Below, piece by piece: positions 9,956 to 20,226 of a DNA stretch of 29,470 nt (its first letter is position 1; each line of letters opens with the position of its first letter). The stretch is from NCBI GenBank assembly GCA_000934665.2, contig JYFJ02001099.1, positions 62,001 to 91,470 on the forward strand. Direction: 5' to 3'. The DNA is from Catajapyx aquilonaris (Eukaryota). A program made the translations under genes and the position numbers. Under the pieces are notes generated by a model. It had not been told where the DNA came from, did no database searches, and was given only the letters and a program-made list of their open reading frames with translations.

Positions 9956-11764
9956 ATGGCCGGTCCTGCAGCTGGAGTTATGATAACCAGCGAGATAATT
10001 CGTGCCATCAACAATTCACGAGAGGAAGACATGCGCAAGATAAATGTGCGAGCTGCTGTTGAAGAAGAGCAACGCAGAGGAGACCAAAGAGTCAACGAAG
10101 TGGTCAGTCAATCCATGATATCTGACTTGAAGAGACAGCTGAAGGACAAGGATAGGGAGATTCAGAAAATGGTAAGGACATGCTACAGCGCAGTCATCAC
10201 TGTGAGATTAATACTTTTTATTAAATAAATTCGCAGAAAGAAGAAATAGACAGACTAAAAGAGCAGCTAGATAAAAGTCGTAAGGTTGAAAGTGATCTGC
10301 AACAACAGGTGTATAAAAACAGTGCTGATGAAACTGTTCAGAAGTTCAGGTCTGAACTGGCTGCAGAAAAGCTGGCAGATAGGGACAAGCAGTTGGACAA
10401 AACTGTGAGTCTGTTTGTTTGTTTGTTTGTTTGTTTATTACACTACAAATTCTCCCAACAGAAAGAACTGGTGTCACATTTGACCACTAGACTTCAGAAG
10501 TCTGAAGAAGACATGAGTGACCAAAAAGTTCTAACTGCCAGGATGGAAACAGAGGCAAAAGTGCTGAGAGACCAGCTGACCCTATTCATTGACCACAAGG
10601 AGAAGGTCAGTTGTATCATATACTCATTGAATGTGACCAGCTTGACCTCTGATGGCGTAATTTTTGCAGGATTACGCTCGCTTTGAAAGTGTGCTGCAGA
10701 AGTCGATGGAAGCAATCGTTTACATAATGGACTCCAACCAGAAGATGTTGACTCAGGTTGCTGCAGCCTCGAATCGCCCTGCCCTGGGTCCTGCCCCGAG
10801 CAGGAGCGTCCACAGCTGGATCCAGAGTTTGCCCAGGGTCCCAGAAGATGACCATAGGAGCATATGTTACCCTCAATCTGATGCCAGAACCGTGGTAACC
10901 AGGAGGACATCTGTTCCTGAGACCACCACCAGCAGGAGACCTAGGGACGCCCCTTCTGAGGTCAGCAGGGGTCACCGAAAGCCTGAGAGTGTGACCAGCA
11001 GCCACTGGACCAATGCCCGCAGCATCTCCAGCAGGATCAGCTCCAGCAGCGATCGTAACGCGTACGAGCGCAGGAACATGCCAACAACAATCAGAGCCAC
11101 GTTTCATCCCAAAAACAAGACCGGAATCAACAAGAGGATTGACCTGAGTGGACACAGGGTCGGGGACAGTTTGGAGAAGTTCCTGGAACCCATATTTGAC
11201 CAACATCATGACCTGACCCAAGAGGTCATCAGGAGACCCAGGCAAGCCTGCATCGATGCCCTGCACGATCAAGATTACTCGCTGCGTGTACTAGGTGTCC
11301 TATCATTTAATTTTTAATATCCGATTAATTTCCAAGTAGACTTTCGGATAACTAGGTTATTATTGATAACTAATAACTATATTTCTGTCCATCGAATGTT
11401 TGTCCGACCTCAAGTTATGCGCTGGAGGTCGATTTACTATGCAGTACTATTCTTAACGCATAGATGGCGCACTTCCCCTGCACACTCCTGCCACTCTTAG
11501 GCCGTGCGGGTGATAGGGGTACTATCAGGTGGGACAAACATCCGACGGAGAGAATATTTTTGTTTTTGAATATTTTTCGATGCTCTTGAACCGTTATTCA
11601 TTTACATTTTCCTTTTGTTTTCAGATAAGGACAATAAGAAGTGGATAAGGGTCCGCCAATTAAGCGACCTGATTAACTCATGTCCAGTCGACAGCCAGTA
11701 TATCCACGTCTACATTGTGCACGACGACGACAAGCAAGGAGTCCTTGAAGAACTGACGAAATAA
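9956..11764 (+). CDS. Coiled-coil protein A (430 aa): coiled coil, Ser/Arg-rich linker, C-terminal PB1/ubiquitin-like-looking domain; no membrane anchor
   Basis: Exons 9956-10171, 10237-10404, 10462-10605, 10670-11294, 11625-11764; 5'-UTR intron ~9878-9939. Heptad-rich ISDLKRQLKDKDREIQKMKEEIDRLKEQLDK; C-domain TIRATFHPKNKT..FLEPIFDQHHDL..YSLRVLDKDNKKWIRVRQLSDLINSCPVDSQYIHVYIVH. Confidence 0.82.
11431..11555. repeat. Dispersed ~125-bp repeat, copy 2 (last intron of gene A)
   Basis: Aligns with 5437-5560. Confidence 0.8.
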
Positions 11765-12227
11765 TTGTGATTAAAAAAGCATTTTTGTAATAATTGTTCC
11801 AAAAAAAACTATACATCAGCGTTAACCGGATATTAATTACTGTACGTTTGTACCTCAATATTATGTGTATATTATAATCATGCGAAAAATAAAAAGCGAG
11901 GCATTTTCAGTCTTCAAACGTTCGTAATTGCTACTGTACAGCCTATTTTTACAACAGGTGTATGACCGGCGTATGTAAAGATGGTAAGTGCACAGTACTG
12001 GATTTTGTACGAGCATCAATTCATGATCATGGTCAATTTCCGGATTCATCTTAGGTAAGTAAAAGAAGGTCAAAGTCACTTATTGGTGACTCCGTCCGGC
12101 GACATTACGTCCTTTATTGCGCTCTTCAAGTAGCTTGATTGACCTAATCTACGCTTTATAAATAACGATGTGTATCACCACTTCCTGTTTCGGACTTCGA
12201 TAATAACCATCAACCAGCACAGTGAGA

Positions 12228-12238
12228 GGGGAATTCCC
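12228..12238. promoter_or_regulatory. kB site GGGGAATTCCC upstream of coiled-coil gene B
   Basis: Palindromic canonical kB core; weaker GGGACTTTTT at ~12370; Inr-like TCAGTC at ~12508 and ~12515. Confidence 0.5.
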
Positions 12239-12598
12239 TCTAACCGTAATTCCCAGAAAGCCCTGGCAATGTTCCATTATCTACAACTACCCACACATAC
12301 CAAGGGATGTCCAAAGTTGGTGCAGGTTTTTGCTGGGGTCGACAATCGACGACTTATTCCTATAGCTGGGGGACTTTTTGGAAAGTGCGAACACGTGTGA
12401 CATAAAATGCTAGTGTATGATCGTTCTGTAAATTGCAATAAAAATAAACTGCATCGTAAAATTGAAAGTACGTCCTAGTTAGTTGTAACCCTGCCCACAT
12501 GTTACTATCAGTCGTCAGTCGGCATCTGGCCTTGGATAGAAGCAGAGGTCCAGTTGAGGATACACAGCTCTTTTAAATCCTCCAAAGTCTGAATAACT

Positions 12599-14253
12599 AT
12601 GGGAGCGTAAGTACATGTTACAGTTAACTTTAATTACTTGGAAGCCAATCGGTTCAATTAGTCTTTATGGGACTAACAGTAAGTTTTTAAAAATTTTTTT
12701 TAAATGGAACATGATATCAAAATGTGCAATTTCCTAAGTGAGTGTTTGGTTAATTTTTTATACTGTACTGTACTTGCACTATAAAAATGTCCATTTTACG
12801 TGACGCAATTTATTTATGTATGCTCAGCTTGTTGTTGTAAAAAATATGACATGCTCATTTTTTTGAGGTGACAGAAAAATATGAATTTAGCTGTTTTTTT
12901 TTTTGTGTGTGTGTTTGAAAATGACAACTATGAAATTTTTTTGTTTCAGTGATGGAAGCAAGGAAGCTTTAGAAAGAGACAATCGTAACCTGAGCAGTGA
13001 GATACGAAGGAAGGATGAAGAGGTCAAGGTCATTCGACACGACATCAGTCACCTCAATGACACAATTAGGGAAGGAAGATCTCGTCTTGAACGAGAGGTA
13101 AGAAGCCTATGACTCATTTATGAAACACTTTGTACACAGTATACATTTTTGTGTGTGTGTGTAATATGACAGGAAGAAGAGAGCAGACGGATGCGCAGAA
13201 GGATTGACAAGTTGGACCATACCAACAGGGGACTTGAAAATGAAACAATTAGGCAAAAACACGAGCTCAGATTGAGGGATGTGCAGATAGAGCTGGCGAA
13301 AGAAGAGCTGAAAAATTCGGAAAGGAGAATGAAGAAAAAGGTAAAGCCAAATTTTGTGACAGTTCAACAAGATATTTTTTTTGCTGATTCATTATTAGGA
13401 ACATGATTTGAGATGTTTGCGAGAAGACATAGAAATTCTGGCTGAAGAGAAAAGAGAGGTGGAAATAATTGCAGCAAGGACACAACGACAATGCGAAATG
13501 CTGGTTTGGCAAAATGAGCGTGATCGCGAATCATACGAGGAGAGACTGGCCATTATGGATCGACAAGCTGAAAGAGTAAGTCTTAATTGCAATTATATTT
13601 AACTGCAATGATTTCAACTTTGTTTTTTTGCAGAGCAGCAACGCAATCCGTCTTTTATGCGGCACTATCAACACTTTTGTCAACAACCAACCCACGAACT
13701 GCCTTCCATCAACCGGAACCACTCTTGCAATAACAAACGGAACGTCTGTTTCCCCAAGAAGACAACAATCCAGAAGAAACCTTGTCAGAAAAGTGTCTTT
13801 GACATTTTGCCCACTAGGAAAGACAAGTAGCGCAATACGGAAATTTCCACTTCTGGCCAAAGAAAAAGAAGGATCATATCTGGACTCCATATTTTACCTT
13901 CATGAGGATCTCAGGTCGGCCATTATCCCTGGATACAACCAGGATTTCTTAAGTGCACTGAAAAGCAATGGATATGAAGTGTTCCTCGTAGGTGAGTTGC
14001 CTTTTGTGCTTGTTTTTCTGCTTGTACTTCTTTCTGCCTATTTATAGATCCAGAGTACTACAACTTTGTGAAGATGACTACCCCAAGGACCCTGAAGAAG
14101 TTCATTCGAGACACACCTGAGAACAGTAGTCACCTGAGGTTTTATGTTGTACATGGAATGGAAGGAATGAAACGAATTCATCACGAAATGAATGGGTTCG
14201 ACTGCGCCTGGTTCTTTGTCATCATCTTCAGCTTTTTCTTAATTTTTTCATAG
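12599..14253 (+). CDS. Coiled-coil protein B (354 aa): predicted N-myristoylation, coiled coil, PB1/Ub-like-looking domain, C-terminal tail anchor
   Basis: Exons 12599-12606, 12950-13097, 13173-13340, 13399-13575, 13634-13991, 14048-14253. Starts MGADGSK (G2,S6,K7); domain KVSLTFCPLGKT..YLDSIFYLHEDL..YEVFLVDPEYYNFVKM..HLRFYVVH; ends CAWFFVIIFSFFLIFS*. Confidence 0.85.
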
Positions 14254-14618
14254 GCTTCAGTTATTGGCGAATTAGTGGTGTCAATTTAAAAAAACAACAA
14301 CAGATCACCACAAATTGTCAAATGTACATATTGCATAAGAAAAAAAAAGTGTAAAGTGTCCAAAATGTGATCTTCATGATTATAATTCCTTGTTTATATA
14401 TATTAGACCCTATAACCTGCTATAACTACAAGTAGTAAATAGAATTGTGTAGTTTATACGTATCTGAGAGCCATGTCAGTTAAATAAAGCGATTTTCTCC
14501 TAATTATTTATTCCTTCTGACAGGTGTCTGTAATGTGAATGTTTTTACCTAATTGTAACCCTGCTCAGTTGTTATCATTTGCATACCAGACTCTGTAGAA
14601 ACCAGTGCAGCTGAAGCT

Positions 14619-16219
14619 ATGGGAGGGTAAGTACACACTATTTGGTCAGTTACATTTGGTGTTGTTTAAACCAACAAAGGCAGTATGTGGAAGTTCTGGA
14701 AAAGTTTATGCTTGCTGAAAAAAAAAAGTGGGCCAATCAAAATTATAACAAAAAAAATTCGTTTCAGAAACGAAAGCAAACAAGGTTTGGAAAAAGGTAA
14801 TCGTAACCTGAGCAGTGAAATACACAGGAAGGATCAAGAGGTCAGGGTCATTCGACATGACATTAGACATCTTAATGACCAAATTAGGGATGGAAGAGAT
14901 CGAATTGAACGAGAGGTAAGGATCTATATGATTCATTATGAAACACTCTGTACACACAGTACATTCGGTATATGTGACAGGAAAAAGAGAGCAGACGGAT
15001 GCGACGGATGATGGAAGATTTGGACTATACAAACCAGGGACTTGAATATGACGTAATAAAGCAAATGCAAGAGCTCAAAGTGAAGGAAGTGCAGATAGAG
15101 CAGGCGAAATACGAGCTGGAAGAATACCAAGAAAGAATGATGGAAATGGTATGCCAATTATTAATTTTGCAACTATATTTTACTAATTTTGCCGTTTTTT
15201 TTGTTGACACGCCATATAGAAAGATGATTTGCAAAGGTTGCTGGCGGACATGGAAAATCTGGAGGATGAGAAGAGAGAGGCTGAAATATATGCAGCTAGG
15301 AAAGAACGCGAATGCGAAATGCTCGTTTGGCGAAATCACCGAGACCGCGAAACATACGAGGAGAGACAGGCCATTATGGATCGACAAGCTGAAAGGGTAA
15401 GTTTTTTTTTTTTGCAAGATTTTTGGCAACACTGCCCTGCCCGCTTCCCACTGTGGATGTAGTACGACATGCCACCAACCAGATGGCGCGCCCATCAGCA
15501 CACTTACTCTCACCACGCGGTAACTATGGTAGCTACATGCACGTTGGTGATGAGTCAACACGTGTATAAAGACACGCCCAGCCAATTCTTAATAAGGACA
15601 ATTCGCACTACATTTTGGGTATGTTGTAATGATATTACATGTCAGTTGTTTCGAATTTCAGGACAGTAACAAGATCCAATTTTTATGCAACACGATCAGC
15701 AGTGGTGGAAACGCACAGTCCAGTCTTCCATGGTCAACAACCAAGCTTGCATTGACAGATTCGCCATTTCTGTCCAATAAGACAGAAGAGCCATCAAGTT
15801 CTTACCTTCATGGTCTCTTGGGTGAGGACTTTGTCGTTATAGCTAGGTTCACAACGGACGTCGTTGTCGTTAGGTTGGGATTGGACCAAAACCAGGATGG
15901 ACCATATACAAAGATGCTGTGATTGGTTCATCCCAACAGCAACGACAGCCCGTGCGTGAACACATCTTTATTTTTCTTTTACATGTTACTTATTGTCTAT
16001 AAGTCAACATCTGTTCCCGCTGTTTCAGACCCTGAATATCACGAAATTTTGGGAAAGGCTGGCACAAGAATTAAGAAGAAGTTGGTTCCAGACACACCCA
16101 AGACCAGCAGCAGCAGTCATCTGGAGAAAAAGGAACACAAATTGAACTGGCTCGATTACATCTGGTTTCTATTCGTCATCTTCTGCCTCTACACTATTTA
16201 TTTAATAGTCTTCAGATAG
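14619..16219 (+). CDS. Coiled-coil protein C (283 aa): close paralog of B, myristoylation motif and tail anchor kept, globular domain largely deleted
   Basis: Exons 14619-14626, 14768-14915, 14981-15148, 15220-15396, 15662-15821, 16029-16219; exons 1-4 have the same lengths as in B (8,148,168,177). Starts MGGNESK; ends WLDYIWFLFVIFCLYTIYLIVFR*. Confidence 0.85.
15838..15970. mobile_element. Degenerate palindromic MITE in the last intron of gene C
   Basis: gttcacaacgg..tgtcgttaggttgggattggaccaa / ttggttcatcccaacagcaacgaca..ccgtgcgtgaac form imperfect inverted arms. Confidence 0.5.
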
Positions 16220-16424
16220 TGCATTTTGTCAATTAAAAACAGTCTGAAATATAGCTCCACAATTTGGGGCGAACATGATTTTAAATAATTGCTTATTATT
16301 ACTAAAGTGCTAATTACAGCATCACTTTCATACAGAAGAGTCATGTCCAGTTTGCCTGAAACAATAGCTAATTAACATGTCTCCAAAAGGGAATTAACTT
16401 GCGGCGGATTGTAACCAACCTTTG

Positions 16425-18044
16425 CTAAAAACGTGTCCTGTCGTCTGCACCTGACCTTTTGTGTGACCTGGCACATGTTTCCTGAGTACATTTCCACTCT
16501 GCATTCAATCGAGACATGTCCAATTGCATCTGATGTACTTGATCTTGCAGGTGTTTAATTTTGGTGTAGGTCCCTCCAGACTGAAATAATTTAACAGGTG
16601 GTTAACAGTGTTAACCATCTGTAAAATGATTTCTCTCTGTTGAATTATGTTGAGACTAAATCGTGTTAACCGAACATGGTTTGTCTGGACGTAATTCGAC
16701 ACTGACAGAAATCGGTTGGGTTGCATCATGCAAGGATGAAAAGTAACCCAAGTGTAACCTTTTCATTTTTTTGCAACATAACAGTATAGTGTTCATAGTT
16801 TGTATAAATAGACATAATAATTAAAGAATTGTCCTACTATTTGACTTACCAAACTTACTTTATAGTCAGACTTGTCCTGCATAGTTTCCTGGAGTCTCTC
16901 GACATCATGCTTCTGAGTCATTTGCATGGCAGACATTGAGTTTTTGATTTCATCCAGAGCCAAACTTTGCTGGTGCTGCTTAGCCTTCATCACCCTGATT
17001 TGTGTAGATATTTCGTTGAATTTTAAGTTAGTCTGAAATTAACATACGTCATTTTAGAGGATTCGGCGACGGAAGTGTCGTAGGCTGTATCCTCGTTTGA
17101 TGAATGATGCTGCCCCCCCCCCCCCCAAAACAACCTCTATATAAAGGGATCATCTGTATAGTGTCCAAAGAGTCTAAATAACATGGTACATCATTAATAC
17201 AATTACCTGGAACACAATGTGTTCAACTTTGCTGACAATTTTAGCTCTGTCAATTATTTCTGTGGAGTCATACTCGTTTTTCATTCCTTGAATTGTTACA
17301 TTCATGCTGTAGACAAACTCGGTCAAAGACTGCACCTCGGATTTCAACCTGTGACGTATACAGTTAAATGAGTAATCACTACAAATGTAACATACCCATA
17401 AAGACTTACGTGTCACTTGAAGATTTTGACGAAGAAAATCGACTTTTTGAAGAGTAAGCGCCATCATAGTGATTTTCCTTCTTAAATCACATAAATTTAA
17501 TTAGCACGTTTCATAATGTCTCATTACAACAAATAAAAGGGCTCACCTTTTGCTTGGCTGACCCAGAGTATGACTTCACCTGTCCTTTCCAATCATCAAT
17601 GTCTCGAGCTTGAGCTTTCTGTCATGTACCCAAAATATTATTTATTCTTGCGAATCTAAAATATATATAATTATATATTTTTAAATTATTGCTTACAAGA
17701 GTTGCTCGAAAATCATTAGTGTCTCGTTTCCTTTGCTCTGTCACTTCTTTTCTCAAGTGGTCCAACTCTCTTCGTTGACTCGAAGCAGATTCGTCACATG
17801 CTTTTCGGACGTCCCTGAACCTGTCGTCCACATCTCGAAGTGACCTGGACAAGTTGTCCACATCGCTCTTCAGACGCCTCACCTCATCATCCAATCGACT
17901 GGGATTTTTTTTTAAATAATTAAAACAGAACAATCAGTGTCGTATAAAGAACGCCTATACTGTGGTCAGTTAATTAATTAATTGATTGATTGATTGGCTG
18001 ATTGATGTGGTTCACTGCCCTATAAGGTGAACTTACCAGCTCAT
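16425..18044 (-). CDS. Coiled-coil protein D (~274 aa), convergent with gene C; last exon uncertain
   Basis: Minus-strand exons 18044-18037, 17898-17697, 17618-17547, 17480-17410, 17348-17207, 17032-16859, 16580-16425 join in frame: MSCRLDDEVRRLKSDVDNLSRSLRDVDDRFRDVRK..LKSEVQSLTEFV..LDEIKNSMSAMQ..KIKHLQDQVHQMQLDMSRLNAEWK. Confidence 0.7.
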
Positions 18045-18281
18045 GACTGGGCGACTATTTCTGCTGAACTGTGATACACTTGCAGACCCACAAATATTAA
18101 TCTCACTGACAGCACTTATCACAGGTTTTATGGAATTATGTATAAACTGACAACCACTGTTATATAGTATTAAATGTTATAAAGTATAAATGATTATCAC
18201 ATTTGACATGATCCAATTAGTTTGTATTTGCGAGCTATAAAAATGTCAGCGAGTTGCAAAAACACTTTGTGGAAGCCTGCA

Positions 18282-18638
18282 GAAAATCCCCGCTCTCTTC
18301 CAAGAAAGACTAAAGTACAGTGTGAGATAAAACGTGCTCAATATGGAAAGATTGGGATAAGGATTATGGAGATAACGTTTGTTATTGTTTCTGTCAGCCC
18401 ATTCATTCATCTTACGCAGAACAACCTTTAACCTCATTCACTTGACCTTGCTGCGACCATTTCTAACAGGACTTGAGAGGGCCACATCTGGCGCCAAAAT
18501 TCCAACAGCTTTTAAAGCTGTCTGGCGCCCAGAACAAAAATTGGTGGTATTTCCCACTCTTACAAGCCAGAATAGCCTGCCACGTTGGCTGCTGTTTGTT
18601 TATGAGTCTGCTAAACATTTTATCTGAGGGTTTTCCCC
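18282..18638 (-). promoter_or_regulatory. Two kB-like sites upstream of gene D: GGGGATTTTC (18291-18282) and GGGGAAAACCC (18638-18628)
   Basis: Motif matches to insect Relish/Dorsal-type consensus. Confidence 0.4.
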
Positions 18639-18878
18639 ACGAGTTGGAAAATAATATAGCACAACATTCGGTTTTGCTCCAACTGACTTAACAAAAAAAC
18701 TGATATGCTGATTACATCACAATTAGGTCACACATAGGCTTAATTAATTTAATTAGATTTAAGCCCGCAATTTGTGGAGATTGGAGACAGAAAAATAAGG
18801 GAATCGCTGCGCAGTTGCCGCTTCACATATCTCATGTACAATCATGCTCACGATAATTAACATGTAGCCGGCTTCATG

Positions 18879-19296
18879 AATCGATAATACGCGTACTTTC
18901 AACAACCATCCAACAGGTATATTCTTATTTATTTTACTATGTACACTTGAAACAGACGACTACATGTAAAAAAAATGTCATATTCAAAAGTGGGCGCCAA
19001 AATGTAAATGCCGCCATTTTGAATCCGCGTTGCCAGATTTGACTTAAAAAAATCATTTGCTAATTTTGAATATATATATATATCGTAAAATTGAGTTTAT
19101 TAATATTAATTACATTTACTATATCGTGTTGTGATCAAACCAGAACAAATTTTTAATCGGTTGCTGATGTAAGTGTTGGCAGACGATTTCATTATTCAAC
19201 ATGGCCGCTTCCTCGTGGTGAATGAGAAGAACGTCGCGTCGGTCTCTCAACATTCTCTTCTCTCTTTCGACGGAGGGGGACCCAAGTGAAATCAGG
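18879..19296 (+). promoter_or_regulatory. Candidate promoter and non-coding first exon of the Piwi gene
   Basis: DRE-like AATCGATA (18879), YY1-like GCCGCCATTTT (19010) and CAACATGGCCGC (19197), donor CAGG|GTAATT at 19297; the Piwi ATG follows an acceptor directly, so an upstream UTR exon is expected. The link is inferred. Confidence 0.35.
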
Positions 19297-20046
19297 GTAA
19301 TTAGAAAAAAAAAAAAAAGGTTTTGTTAATTGTCTGCCGCTTCAGTGTCGCAAAATTAATGGGAGATATGACTGGCTGTATTTCAGCCCATAAAATATAT
19401 ATTTGCATGTGTTGCAGTTCAGTAATGGATTTTTCGAACGTAAACTTTTGGCGACTTAGCTTTTCCTCTCAATGTTTGCATTTCTGTCAATTGTTAGGCC
19501 TAATTTGGCCCTTCATGTTCACCAGGGCTGTGAGGCCCGGCTCCCAAGAGTAAGGCACCAAGAGTATGAATCCGCAATAAAACAAGTTTTTTTCTCTCAC
19601 GGAAAGTTGGGAGTTGCTTTGGCAGCTGACGTCTATACAATTCAGTTTGGGCTATGGAACAGTAATGCCAAAAATAATAGCAATCCAAACCTATGTTTCT
19701 GATGCCATTGGCGCTCATGCATCTCAATTTATGCAGTATCTACGGTTTACATTTTTCAATGCATGTCCACCGTTGGTGGCCACAACAGCCACTGGGAGAG
19801 ACCTGAAGAGTTCACAGGCCTTGGCCAGGGTATCCGTTTCCATGTGCCCCATTGCCTCGGAAACTGCGATTTTGACTTGATCTCAGGTATTGGTATGGAC
19901 ATTGCCCTCTCTCAACCACGCGGCACATGTAGTAATCAAGGGGGTTGCAATTTGGGAAGCTACAGGGCCAAAAGTCTCACCCCCAGTGGTACTTTTATAA
20001 TTGATATTAAGGAGGTTGGCCCAGCATTGCCTTTCAACCTCCAAGG

Positions 20047-20215
20047 ATAGGGAAGGAAGGAAGCGGCTGTGGCCTATTATACGGAAGCGACCCCGGAATT
20101 ATCCTAGACAGACCGTGGAAAACCACGGTCAGGGTTGCCGGCCCTGGGATTCGAACCCAGGACCTCCCGATTAGCAGTCGGACGCCCACTATCCACTATG
20201 CCAACCTGCTTCGGT
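20047..20215 (-). mobile_element. tRNA-derived SINE, copy 1
   Basis: Minus strand: A box TGGCATAGTGG, B box GGTTCGAATCC, followed by a non-tRNA body ending ccttccttcccta; homologous to 27673-27851. Confidence 0.85.
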
Positions 20216-20226
20216 CCCCAGTGGTA

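Noticed and set aside
10494..11272. Long minus-strand ORFs (138 and 218 aa)
   Set aside because: Antisense shadows of gene A exon 4; likewise 5588-6085, 15025-15585 and 28861-29367.
16505..16729. ORF MMQPNRF..CNWTCLD as last exon of gene D
   Set aside because: The frame opened by the acceptor at 16580 continues the heptad pattern better; the alternative is not fully excluded.
20135..20215. tRNA gene (also 27673-27750 and 23641-23710)
   Set aside because: A/B boxes are present but acceptor stems are poor, and two copies continue into a shared SINE body.
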